NCBI GenBank assembly: GCA_965644295.1
Contig: CBFFRP010000399.1
Span: 124,001 to 188,000, forward strand
Origin: Paraphysomonas bandaiensis
Taxonomy: Eukaryota > Protista > Chrysophyceae
Length of the DNA: 64,000 bases
Reading direction: 5' to 3'
Made by a program: the position numbers and the translations under genes. The number at the start of each line of letters is the position of its first letter. Positions within the stretch are counted from its first letter, which is position 1. The notes under the pieces were generated by a model. That model searched no databases. It saw nothing but the letters and a program-made list of their open reading frames with translations, and was not told the DNA's origin. Positions 1-13,189 of this stretch are shown here, in pieces.

Positions 1-3000
1 TAAAGAGACCGGACATCTTCGTAGATCATATTCGCCTGCTCTAAATCTATTGTCCGGTGGAGATACACTTCATATTGCTTCTCTTCATACGCTTTTTGAG
101 TGATATAGGCATACTCTGTCATTACAGGAAGAACAAGCTGTATCACCTGTTTTTGGTATCTGCTCCATATATAATCTTTCAAAGGTTCCCACGCCAGTAT
201 TCCAGGTCCATCATTCGGGACAAATGTGTCCGCCAGGGCACTTGACTGTATCGTGATAGGGTTCTTCACCGTCGGTAGCCGATGAGGATCAAATGCAGAC
301 GCTAGGGAAGGGGGCAAGGTTTTGTAAAGCATGCCATGTAGTAAGTTGTCGGAATACGACCTACGGAATCTCCCAAGAATTGAGAATTCAGCTGACGCCT
401 CCAGAAGAGCACGCGATATATTGTCGCGAAGTGGATTGACCTCTATCAATGGTTTTATCGCACCAAATGACTCACCAAAGAGGGCGTTTACGTGATCAAT
501 GGACCGCTTTCTGGTCTCTGTGTACGCCACCTCAATGTATCTTCGAAATTCTTCAGAGGTCAGGACTTTCGAAAATCGGGTGCTTGTAATAGGATCATAG
601 CACTCAACTAGCCAAGATTCTGGCCCCTGCACCAAAATACATGTACAAGGAGCTCTATCATTGTAGTATGTATGAGTGTAATTGTTATACTTGCGGACTA
701 TACACTCAGCTCGACAGGATCGGCAGAGGTTTAATGATTTCCTTAATCCGCGCGCTCGAGCAAAAATGGATACGACCATCGGAATACCTCCCAGGTTAGC
801 AGACACTTTGAATTGAGGACGACCCTGATGTTTTACCTGGTTGCTCAGGCCAGTGGAAATGATGGAGGGTACGAGGCTTTTCACGAGGATGACGGATTGC
901 TCTTCAGTGCACATTCGTTTGGCATGTGCTTCCCGCTTCGCCCTAGTAGCCTCCCACAGAAATCTGCGCACAATATGACCTCGCCCTACCCTCTGTACAT
1001 CAATAGCACAGACAATAGCTTTCTTCCTATTTTCCAAGTACTGCTCAGCTCGAATGATATCGAGATCGAGAACGGACCCACGAAATTTATTCGACTTGAT
1101 AAGTAATTCCTTGATGTAAGGGACATCGCATGACACATAATCTACTGATATAGCAGCGCGTAGCTTCTTCTGTAAATCTGCGCGCTCGTCGGCTTTTCTT
1201 CTAGCCTCATTCTCGAACCGTTCTTCACTTTCGAACTTCTTCATTGCGCGACCTTTCGTTTGTAGCCCAGCCCACTCTCCAATATCGCTACGACACCATT
1301 TATTGCGAACTCGGTGCGCAATAGGTGCACGCTTCTGTACAGTCGACAGAGTGGCTCCTTTATAAGTGTAAGAGGAAACAGTATCCACTGGAAGGCGACG
1401 GGGTTTGCCCCCCCCACCTTTAATAGCATTTGTCGTCTTACTGAATAGAGGTTTCGCTGTTTGCGAGGTGCGAGTGGAGGGTGCAGTGTCCAAAGCTGTT
1501 CTTCCGGTTTCAATACCAGCCCTAGTTGAGGGTAGAAGGGAGTCGTCACGGGACTTGTGTGCCTTCAAAAAATCTTGTTTCAACGATAGAGACTGTCCCA
1601 ACACAATCATGGCTCGTTGCAACCTTTCTTCAGGGAACGAATCTGTTCCAAACTCTATAGTTGACAATATGCCGCTTTTCTGATTCCTGCTGGCATCGCT
1701 GGTGTACCCGTATGTTGACATCAACGCAGAACTATCTGGAATTAGAGGGGGCATGTGCAGAGGTGGTTCCACAGTCTCCGTTTTCTTGCACGCGCGAGTC
1801 GACATGGCCGTTGCTTTGGAGTTAAAAGTGATCGCTGAAAACGTAGACACACCAGTCCCGACAGACATATCATCAGCAGCGTATTTTGTAGACAACTCCA
1901 TTGACTCCTGCATGTTTGACGATTCTACGGTGTTGCCCAGCGGCCCAAGCCCAACAATTTTTCGCTTTGCTGGTGGACCAAAGTAATCTGCATCAAGATT
2001 CGGACGAGTACCCGCCATTCGATAGGCGATTCCATCAAAAGTGAACTCTTTCTCTTTCATTCCCAACTTCCGAGCATCTGCCACGGCCAACTGAGTGAGT
2101 TCCATTCTAGCTTTCAGATCGTTCAAAAGGGTTAAATCAACATCACTAGCCATCCCGAAATTCCGCTCCCCGGATTTGCCTTCTTTATTTCGAACTACAG
2201 AGTTCAACAATGATGTCATTCTGTCTTTCGTTAAAAAGAGAGGATTTAGCGCACACTCGAAATCTTTTGACATTTTCTTCAGCAGGGTTACATTCTTTAA
2301 AAAGTGGGAATCTGTCCACATTTTATCGAGATAATTTTCTCCATGCCAGATAAACTGTGGAAACAATTTCTTGGCAACACGTGGTATAAATGTCTTGACG
2401 CTTCCAGCTTTCTCCGATTGGCATTGTTCACATGGGTAGTCAGGCGGCACTCCCAAAGTACGGATAAGGTAGTGGTTCCCACATGCCCTCAAACCAATAA
2501 ACATTTTCGGAGCGGAGTCTACATAAGGGGCGTAGCGCTGTTCCAAGGGAAGCGCTGTAGCAGCATCATAAAATGCTTTAATTGCAGTGTCTTTGTCATC
2601 ATATACGCCCACATACTGTATTTCCACAGCTGTAGCGGCTGGCTCTAGCCCACGCCTTATTAGCCGATTGTTTGATTCAACCAGAGGCTTAGATGGAGGA
2701 TAGAGTTGCGCCCCCTTCTTAGATATCGCAACCGAATACTTTCTCGCCGCCTTACTGGAATCTTTAGCTGCCAAGTAGTTTTTCGCAAGTTTCTCTTTCT
2801 CTTCCAACTTAGCTGTAACACGGGCCCATGCCCCGATCGACTCTGCCACATCAATAGTTGCGCCTCTGAGCTCCTCAAATAAGTCCACTAACCGTGCTAA
2901 ACTCTTTTCATTGTCGACTACATTGCTCAGTTCTTCTGCTTTCACATAACGCTTTTCAACTTCTGCAGCTTCTATCTTTAGTTGCTTCAGAATTTCCTCT

Positions 3001-5297
3001 CGTTGCTCAATACGGGCCAAAGTTTGGATAGTAACATCGGCCTCTTCAGCAGTGGCTCCGACAGTTTTGTTGTGAATATGAAGATATCCTTGCGAGCCAA
3101 TCTGGTGCTGTACATTCTTCCCTACCAATACTTTAAAATCTAAATTATCGTAACTATCAACTGGCTTTCCCGTTGTAACTGCCCCACTCTTTAGACGACG
3201 AGTTCGTCGCCCACTACTAGCAGCATTGCTTTCAGCGGAAGGAGTTCGCGTTAAAGGGAGTGATTTTATCTTAGCATTAGATGTACACTTCGGTCCAGGA
3301 GAAGGCGATGCTTCTGATCGGAAAGTTACAGCAGCGTCTCCAGGTTTGGCAAAGTCGAACGACTCCAGAAACGGGCTAGTATCGGTGGCTGCAGTGGGGG
3401 TCTTTGTCCCGGTTTCGTTGCCCTCCAGCTCCGTTTCAATAGCATCACCAGTATCAGTATTTTCACTGACACCTGTCGCTATGCGCCTTGTCTCAGCGGC
3501 AGCCATACTGACCGTAAGCATCATTTCTTCATCGGATTTTACGCGTGCATTAGCCTTGAGATTCTCACAGCGTATCAAGTCGAGTTGATGATCCACGGTA
3601 ACCATACGGTTTCCCGTCCTTGAAAGCTCCGCAAATCTGCGTTTAAAACCAGCACTTCCGTCTTCCACTCCAGAGTCTGGTTGTATAAGTTCATCCACGA
3701 CCCCACCTAAAGTATTTCGCAATTACAAGCAATATAAACGGTTTCCCATATTAGCTTACCAGTTCGCTTGTACATTCGCTCCGAAATTGTCTCACCAGTC
3801 CCCTCTTGAACAAGAGGTGCATAGCAGTTGTTAGCAAGAATATCCAGTTCGGGTATCTCTTCTAACGAGTGACGAAATATTGTCCAACCGTTGACGTTCG
3901 AAAATTTACGTGCGTGACATGCGCGACCATTCTCCAAATATCTACCATTGACCTCTCCTAAGCTACAGCCAGTTACGGTCACTTTCTGTACAGTGGTCTG
4001 GACTTTCTGGCCTTTCAACGTCATAATGACAATCGCATCGCTCATGGAAGTAGTAAGGGTATCATTCTTTGCGCGTACCAGTGTCTTATCTGTCATTTCA
4101 TTTCCTGCACGCGACACAAGCAAAGTTAACGACGTGATAATAATCGATGTTCTCTATACCATGCTCTTCTCGTTGGTAATAATCCATGTCGTCCCCTGCA
4201 TCTGCAGATCCGTCTCTTGCAGCCTGCATGTAATCGTCTAAAATGATTCGCTTGCCGATATACGTCCATCCATTATCCGGAGGAGATGACGACTGCGTAA
4301 ATTGCCCGAACAGGAGGTGAGTAATATTTCCTTCTGCCGAGAGTCTTCCGAGGATCCAGCCGTATACCATACTGATCTCTTCTCCTGCCATGTTTATTCT
4401 CGTTTCATTCATCGCTGTTATGTCCACAGAGTCATCGAAGCTCGTTGACCCTAACGTACAATGTGGCTGCTGCCGGTCCAAGATACCTAACGACATGGCT
4501 GCACTCATGTCCGGATATTTGCGAGCCATCACTTCTTGACTATGCTTGAGCTGTGCTTCCGCATGCTCCAAATCCTCCTTTTCCACAGCTACCTGGGCCT
4601 GAAGTGCTCGGATCTTGTTATGCATCATCAGAAGCCAGTCGAAATTGTCGTCCTTGCGGCTACGTTCTATCTCTACAGAGTACGCACCAATTGCCGCCTC
4701 TTGATCATTGATGGACTCATTTAGTTCCTGGACACGGAGCTTCGTGTCCAAACACTTCTGATATAAACTCAACCGGTCAGACATCTGCTCTACATAGCGT
4801 TTTCGCTTTTTCAGGGTCATTTTATGCGCCTTCGACACTGGAGGCAGGACGACATTCCCTACTCGCATGGTTTCGTATGTTTTCATCGACTGGGAGTTTT
4901 TGACTGTTTCAGCAGCGTCGAAATACATCTTTCCCTCAAGCTCCGCATCTTGCATCTGCTCCTTCGCCACATTGCGCATGATGTGATCTCCGCGACGATA
5001 ACGCTCCATGAGGGCCTCGTATTCAGAGTCTATTACCTCATTATGAGCTTTCTCAAATTCTTTGGCTAGGAGGAGCTCTGGGTCCAGAGATGCTGTCATA
5101 ACACGTGCCTGTTGGAGGGATTCATGACGGGCAGTCGACATCTCCCGCTTATGGGTGACTCTGTTATTCATTCCTGTTGTTTTTGGTCCAAAGTCACGCG
5201 ATTCTCGGGCAATTTTCGGACTAAGAGAGAAGTCATCGGCGAACTCCTTTTCAAGTAGAGAACGTCTTAAGTCCTTCCGAAATGTGTAAGATGTCAT
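1..5297 (-). CDS. Very large (>1,700 aa, 3'-truncated by window) uncharacterised protein with coiled coils and an IQ motif; exons 5297-4160, 4104-3760, 3706-<1
   Basis: ATG at 5297 (MTSYTF). GT-AG introns 4159-4105 and 3759-3707 join the 414-aa and 138-aa ORFs in frame to a stop-free reading frame running from 3706 to the window edge (hand-translated). IQ-like AIDVQRVGRGHIVRR at ~960-1005. Confidence 0.8.
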
Positions 5298-5675
5298 GAT
5301 TATAATGTAATAACAAAGAATCACATATGATATAATAAACACATCACTATTTCATAATATATCAATATCATATATGCCAATCACGGAAACTAATCAATGG
5401 CAGAGCATGTATTTCTTGATACAGTGTAGCTACCACTATTTAAAGTATATTTAAATAGATAAGAATAAATGAGATTACTCTATGAGTTGAGTTGGTTATA
5501 TCTATAATCAACTACAATAGTGTAATTTTATATTAAGGAGGGATTCAACATGTATGAGGTCGAGATGTACACTGCTGTGATGTAGTGATAGATATGCATA
5601 CATATACTGCTGTATACAGCAGGACCATATCAATGCAATGCGATTGGAGAAAGTCATATATAAGGTCACTTCATA

Positions 5676-5866
5676 GTTAAACACTCACAAGGATAGTACT
5701 CATCATCAGCAGACCTCGGAGATCAGTTATACAGCTATGTGTGGCTAAATCTCACTGTAGTCCACAGTATACAGCAATATATTCCCCCCCCAGCCTAACC
5801 AGACAATGTAACTGACAATACGGTCTGCTGCTGATGAGGATAATTATTCTTGTGAGCAGTGTTAAC
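5676..5866. repeat. Imperfect long inverted repeat (fold-back / MITE-like)
   Basis: Left arm ..CTCACAAGGATAGTACTCATCATCAGCAGACC..TCAGTTA pairs with right arm TAACTGA..GGTCTGCTGCTGATGAGGATAATTATTCTTGTGAG; the core matches at 16 of 17 positions. Confidence 0.6.
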
Positions 5867-5957
5867 AACAATAATTTAAATCTATTCAGCAGAGGTTCAT
5901 ATTTATTAGTGGTATATATACTGTCCCCGTTAGTTAACGAAAGAAGATTCTTGAAAG

Positions 5958-6789
5958 ATGGACGCTTATCAAGCTCAGATGATGGAAAGGGTGGGTGATG
6001 GAATTCTGGCGGTTGCTGAAATGGAGGTAAGCGAATACAGCCGCTTACCGAGTCATTTCACTCATTATTTTTATGAATAACAGGAAAAGAAACTCGATGC
6101 ACAAATAAAAGGGTTGGAACAGATGGATGAAGATGATTTTGAAGCTCTACGACAGCGAAGACGGCAACAGCTGCAGCAGAAAATGAGACAAGAACAAGAC
6201 TGGAAACAACTGGGACATGGAAGGTATTGACACGTTATTTTCTTAGTCATTTTATAATATACATTTTTATAGATATTTGGAGTTGACAGATCCCAAGGAG
6301 TTCTTTAATGCAGCAAAGAAATCGTCGAGGATGGTTGTGCACTTTTACCGCGGGGTCACCCCTCGTTGTGAGATAGTGGATGCGCATTTTGAAAAACTCG
6401 CTCCCACTCATTTGGAAACTAGATTTGTTAAAATTAATGCCGAAAAGAGCCCATTTTTAGTAGAAAGACTCGGCATTATTCTACTCCCTACCATCGTACT
6501 CATTAAAGACGGAAAAACTCAGCACTCACTTCGAGGATTTGATGAACTCGGCGGCACTGATGACTTCAGCACAGATGATATGGCTTACGTTCTCTCCACC
6601 CATGGAGTGCTCAACTTTGATATGGATAGGTAGGGTAATGTTAGACATGTATGTGATAGCTTCTCACATTCTGTTTACAGGTCAGATATGATAGCGGCGA
6701 ATGCGGCCAAGTCTGGACTTAACCATGTTGGGATATCACAGATTCGTAGCTCAAGCTACTATAGTCTATCAGACGATGAAGATCTTTAG
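5958..6789 (+). CDS. TXNDC9: Thioredoxin domain-containing protein 9 / phosducin-like protein 3 (4 exons)
   Basis: MDAYQAQ... DFEALRQRRRQQL..W.QLGHG; VVHFY, RCEIVDAHFEKLAPTHLETRFVKINAEKSPFLVERL, GFDELGGTDDFST; acidic C-terminus SDDEDL*. Confidence 0.92.
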
Positions 6790-7177
6790 ACATATATTTG
6801 AAAGTTTTGAAAGTGTGATTGGCCTCGCAGTTGGCAGATATCATAGCCAGTAGAAGGAATTAATTAATTATTTTCTTATTCAATATTATTCTGTTGAGTT
6901 AAGCTCTTAAAGAGCATTTATAAGCTGTAGTTCACAGGTATTTGAATTATAAAGTGTCTTATAAGTTCATGTCGTTAGGTTGATACCATTCATTATTGCT
7001 CCAACCTACTCAACACTGACATTAGCTGATGTAATTATCCCCACTCCAAAGAAATAGTATCATAAAAAAACATACATTTCTTAGGTATTGCTATGCATAC
7101 ACTTCAATAGCGCCCCACAAAATTTTAAAGCAAATGCAGTGCACATGGACGCAATTGTGTTAAAAATGTACTAGATC

Positions 7178-9953
7178 TTAAATAGACACATCCGATATTC
7201 TGGAGTAACCCTTACTGAAGTAGTTGCTTCTAATAAAATCAACGAGATAACTAAATCCAATGCCAAGAAGAAAGCAAGAAATTCCAATAGCCCAAGAGGA
7301 GTACCCGTCGCTGGAAGTTGTCGGGGTAGGAGGTGGAGGAGTGACAGGGTTGCTGTCATCAGAAGGAGCATTGCTGTCATCCGGAGTGGTGGTGGAGTGA
7401 ATGTAGTACTTAGTATCTACCCCTGCGGGATATACTTTCTTATATTCTTCCACGCTGGCCTGCGTATTGAACACCATCGGGCGAACCCCATCAGCAGCAG
7501 CTTTACCAGTGGCTGGGGTACCTGGTGGGCCCCAGAACCCAACCTACAGAGTAAAGGCGATGAAACCTAGTAAAACCCCAGTGCATTCACAACAAATAGC
7601 TTCACCAATACAAAATTGTGGTATGACATGCACGAATAATCCAAATTACCATTTCCATCCACCAACGAGGATAGCTTATCCACGTCACCGCATTCACAAA
7701 GTTCTCCGCATGAAAGTCGTCAACTCTGCATTGTAACAACACATTCGCCACGTGACATAGAGCAAGAGCACTTACACAATCGGTACCTGAGAATATCCCG
7801 ATACTTCGGTATCATGGCATAAAAGAACGACCACCATCGCTCCACCACATCTGAGGCAATTTCGCTCTATAGACGAAGTAATTACAGAGAGATAAACCAT
7901 ACGTGTACCACGTCGTTTATTTCAAAAGCGTTAAGGTAACACACATACTGCTATCTAGGCCATACCTGATACTCGTTCAGCATGCTCAGAGCGTCCTTCC
8001 TGTTCCCTTTCCCAAGGGCTTTGACAGCTTTCGATTCAATCTTATCCTGCTTTGAAAATATGTCCGCTTCAATTTCTTGCTGCAAAGTACGCATCAGAAT
8101 ACACCAAAAAATAGTAAGACAACAAATTATGGGTTCACACACTTACACACCTGAAATTGCTTGACGTCATCGATAGTCCAGGCGAACCATCGGCTAAGGT
8201 AATTTCCAACAACGAGATGCACCCAATAGTTCTTCGAACGATCCAACTTATATTGAGTGATATTAGTCAACGTCTCAGGAACTTCATTCACTGCGGCATA
8301 AACAGGCACATATGTACTGTGGTGTGGCGCATACTGAGCCACCCAGGTCACTCCGCCAATATCATTGGGCAATTCGCTACGTGCCTGAGCAATGGTGGAG
8401 TATGTCGTCCGCCAAATAGAAATCGCACGGACAGGAAACGCCATAGTTTTTTTCTGTGTTGGAGTGAGGCCATTCACAGGATCATGGGCAATACTGCTTC
8501 CTCCACTGCGAATCACATCGCCAAATGGACCTCAAATCACAAAGTTGAGACAATACATAAGCATATAGAATATACACGTTGTATTACACGTACCAGCATC
8601 AGGCGTCTGCGTGAGGTCGAACGGAGTCCCCTCAAAGTTATCTCTCATAATACGCATGACATCCTGTAGGGATAAGGCCTTATCGGGCTTGACACTGAAT
8701 GGTACCGGTTGATTTAAGTCTTCACCAAAGCCAAAAGTAGCATAGTAGTCAGTGAGAGGCGAGTACACAGGAAGGAGAGACGGGGCCGCCAGAGTGAACG
8801 CCCGCCAGCGGCGGACGTTCATACCATGTGCCTCGACGCCCTGAGATAACCCGTATATATGGAGGAAATTGAACGGTATGCCTGAAGCAGGGTCCCAAAG
8901 CTTACTCCGAACTGCTACATCAAAAATATTATCCGAAGCCATAAAGTTATCTGTGTCAGTGAGATTGATTTCGTTTATAATAAACTGATTCGCTATGACG
9001 GTAACGTGGTCATCAGGAACTCTCTGCGCAACCCACACCGCACTTGCATGCGTGTCGTCGGCAACAATGTGAAACACCCAAACTTCTTCAGTATCCCCTA
9101 TAACTAATCCTTCCCCACTTTCAGCCTTAGGACCATCTCCATCTATCGCATAGAATCCATACTCAACTGCATACCTGTGAGAAAATATAATACACATCTT
9201 GACAACTCCCTCACACTACCTGCCCATGGTCACAATCGCACATCGAGCCGTGGCACACCTTTCCATTGCAATTTCCATTAATGATCGAAGGTTAAACTTG
9301 GCCTGACCACCTAAATATATAGGAATAGACCAAAATGTTGTGAAGCAAGTGCTCTCTCCCATAGTGAGCTGCTTTTCGTTCTGCAACGGATAGTGCCCCA
9401 TTGTATATGCATATGTATGATTCACCTAGTATTAAACAACCATTATATATACATGCATTAGTATACTCATGCGAACCTGATCGACAAAGAACACTGGGTC
9501 CAAGGGTTCCCATGGGTAGATAGTGGAGTCTTCAGAGCCAACAAGATATTCGGGTCCGTGAATATTGTTTTCTTCAGTTTCTAGCAATCTAGGGTACGCC
9601 AAACGTTCACGAAACACAGGACGCTTATTCAATCCCGCCTCCCAATCTCTGGCAGGAACATGGGTGACACGTACATCACATTCTTGACCTGATATCGTGT
9701 GATGAGAGGGAATACTGCTCTGTGAAATAAATACTTACAATCTGCATTGTGAGTGGTAACGGTAGATAAATCTTTCATTGCCAAACGACCAACACCAAGT
9801 GCTGTATTAACATAAAGTCAATGATTGCTGTCTGTGGCAGAGAGAGCGTGTACCTGTGCACATGCCATCATCTTGATACTTCGCTCTCTTCTCTGCATGG
9901 GCCAGAAGTAAGATAGAACACAACAATCCAATAAGATTGTACAAAACTTTCAT
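7178..9953 (-). CDS. Peptidase family C69 (dipeptidase A-like, Ntn hydrolase) with signal peptide and C-terminal TM helix; multi-exon
   Basis: Signal peptide, then MCT|ALGVG..TTHNADC; QNEKQLTMGESTC; AMERCATARCAI; VWVAQRVPDDHVTVIANQF; MRDNFEGTPFDLT; RAISIWRTTYS; TM segment SWAIGISCFLLGIGFSYLV. Confidence 0.9.
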
Positions 9954-10413
9954 ACTGAAGAAATCTATAAGGAATACTTAATAATTACAGATTTCATTCA
10001 ATTGTTTCTGCATTATTCTATGAATGGAATCTATTAGCTATGATTAGATTTTAAATGGACGATACGTGAGCTGAGCTGCTACTCTGTTTGTGCCATCCAC
10101 TCCAACAGCTAAAAAAAAAAATGATAGAATACAGCAGTATTCGGAAGTATACTCTCTGAAAATATGTTGCTCAAAGAGTGAGAATACAGCAGTATACGTT
10201 AGACGATATACGTTATAGGATTTGGTTCATAACCAAACCTAATCAAAAAATATGCTTTTTTTCAATTATATTTTCCCAACTTCTAAATAAACCCTATATT
10301 TTGCTCCAAAACTCTAGAGGTTTCTTCTTCCCTTCTGTCCCTTCTACTTCAACCTCCAAAGAAATCGATGGAATTCTATAAACCATAATACCATATGATA
10401 CCATCATATTTCT

Positions 10414-11049
10414 ATGACGATCTATCAAATCTTGTTGATCGTATGTGTTCTCCCCTAAGTATCATCATGTTGTATCATATCAACCTGAGCCAGAATAGTG
10501 CCAGGGCATTAGAACACTAAAGGCATATCTACTTATATAAAAACTGATCTTATCATCTATTTGATGACTAAACCATCTGCTATTCAATGCGTGGATTATC
10601 ATGATATAATCAACGTCAGAACACTCTATCAAACACTATTGAATTTATCTCATTTACCACTGAGAGAACGAGATGCTATACTGATATTTCTCTGTGATTC
10701 TTGCTTCAACACATCTTATTGTAGTAAAGATCTTAAAGAGTCACTACACAGCAACTTTGCATTATCATTAAGTGAAGATGCATCCAGTGACCTCATGTCT
10801 TACGTCATGCTTCATATGCCTGAATATATCTTGTCTCAGCAGCATGCTCTGATGCATATTGAGCAAGTGTGCAGACTTCTTCCTCCTCAACTCAATCATC
10901 TGGAGGCCTGGAAAGCTGCCATCAAAGCTTGCGAACAGAAATTATCAAAGCAGAAAACTCTGCTTGGGAGATTCATCTCCTTTTCAAAGCCCCCCATCCC
11001 TTCCAAGTATTGCATTCTCGAATTTGCTAATACTCGTCGCACTATATAA
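10414..11049 (+). CDS. Hypothetical protein (5' structure uncertain)
   Basis: 162-aa ORF 10561-11049, extendable through a possible intron 10441-10512 to ATG 10414; divergent from the C69 gene; no recognisable domain. Confidence 0.4.
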
Positions 11050-12554
11050 GTCTACAATGTATATATTATTTTGGTGTGACCTTGTACAAATGAGTTCTGT
11101 ATAAATTATCCGAACCGTTTCCCTTCCCATGGATCTGTTTTTCAGCGTGTATATTATCCACGTGATTTTGTGTTATTCTTCTTTGGTCCATGACAGTGTA
11201 TATTTGTGGACTCGCGTGGACGACTCGTTGCACTATCAGTGCGCACGTTTTGTCACTGCGGCGTACTTGCGTCATTGATCGAAAAGATAACGTATTTTGT
11301 ATGTTATGCGCTTGTAAACTTCTCAGAGTTACCGTACATATATAGTTTTACAAGCATGCGTACAGCATCGCCTCTCTCTAAAGATTCTTCTATGTCTAAT
11401 AAATGTACCGTTATAGAGTGTTATGTTTTTTTTCTTCGTTTAATTGAGCGATCAGGCGGGCACTTATGCCACATGTTCAGTGACTGACACAAGCAATATG
11501 TTCAAAAAGTTAAACGCTACATTTATTGCGGGAGTATATAGTATATATATTGCCATGACTCCCGTAGAGATTACTTTTGGGGAAAAAGTTAGTGTTAACT
11601 ATTGTTGATGTTATTTTCTGCTTTATGCATCGCTCTCTCGTGCATGTTACATATGCATTACTAATTACTATATTATATACCCACTCTGTCTCAAAAAAAG
11701 CTTTTTTTGACCTGCTTTTGGCTCAACAGAACTTCAATATTCGGTTCAACAGAAGCTCACTTCTATCTTAACTTTGTATGTGAATTCATTATATTACACA
11801 CTTGTAGAGAAACCACAGTGATGGGCCAACTATCCAAAGCTGATCATCAAACACTCCAGTAGTGTTATATTCCATCCTTCATCCTTCAACTGCTGTTGAA
11901 GATCATAACGATGCCAGTGCAAGCGACCTATCTAAACTTGGAAACAACTAATATTTCACCAGGTTTTGGTATTACCTCGACTTCTTCAAGAATATTACAG
12001 GAGCGTTTAAGTGCCGTATCTGATGCTGTATAGGTGGTTAAGGGCCGTGACATCCAGTTCTTGCTATCAGGATATTGTGTGCCTCATATCATACATACAT
12101 CATTCAATCAGGTGCGCTAGCAGAGGTTAAACATATTGGATATAAATGTGATGATGATGCTAATTATGGCAATAAGAAGCCTTTCGTACGACTACAACTG
12201 TTCACATTCATCATCACACTTATATGCGAATTTCAAAATCTCGCAGTCGCTATTTCCTCAGTATCCTTCTGTGGTAGGAGTACATTAGTTGTAGCTATTA
12301 TAATATATATAAATTTGGGTGTTTATTGTTTGAGTTGATCTATAGTGTGCTTGCTTTTCCCTAAGCATACACAGTATACATACCACTCATTTGCAATAAT
12401 ATGAAATGTCATTTGCTTTCTAAATATGTTAATCAGGAAGCGCATATTTCTTCTTACAGCAAGAAAGCTACTAATAGCTATATAAGATCCAATATTAAAT
12501 TTTCAACATCATGATGATAAGCTACAATTTAACCTAGGGATAAAGAGTATCGAG

Positions 12555-12620
12555 TATCGTCCCTTGACAAAATTTTAAAACATTTTGCTCTCGTTTCAAA
12601 ATTTTGAGCGCGGGACGATA
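12555..12620. repeat. Short hairpin / degenerate MITE-like inverted repeat
   Basis: TATCGTCCC-ttga-CAAAATTTT ... AAAATTTTG-agcgc-GGGACGATA, bounded by TA. Confidence 0.5.
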
Positions 12621-13189
12621 TAGCCTCCATATTGCCCGTGATTAAATATTACTATGGTTATATTATAGACTCTGTGGCCAAGTGTCCCCTATTAATCTTT
12701 CTGTGCTGCCTTCTTGTACTTCGACGTTTCGTTTGTACAGCCCAGTGTCTGAGTGCTCTGGTTGCCTTCCTACTATGTTTCTCTGTCGTTTCTTACGACA
12801 ATTTTTTATGGCTCTCCTTTTTGTCGTGCCTGATCAGCACTTAGTCAATTTCATGGGAAAATAAAAATACATTGCGACTTAGTAACACTTACTTCTATTC
12901 ACACTTAGTTATATATAGATTACAAGCGAATGACACCTTGAAATGCTGAAGTTTCTGCCTGATGAGATATGTACTGACAAAATGTATCAGCAGATATTTT
13001 AATTTGTAACTAAGACACTAGTTCTTGAAAATTATTACATATTACACGTTTCACGAGTGCACACTGCACAGTAGCAATACAATAGCAGTAAAAGTGCAAG
13101 ATGGCAATTAAATTCAGTGCCATGTATAGTTATTACTAATCCGAAATATTAAACAGCACCACATGCAGACTTCACTACGATTCAAGAGA

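Noticed and set aside
57-3588. Numerous short ORFs on both strands
   Set aside because: Antisense or out-of-frame shadows of the long minus-strand exon 3706-<1.
11900-11990. Minus-strand KPGEILVVSK(L)DR resembling a serine resolvase motif
   Set aside because: Needs a frameshift, is followed by stops, and no catalytic YxRVS motif is visible; likely chance.
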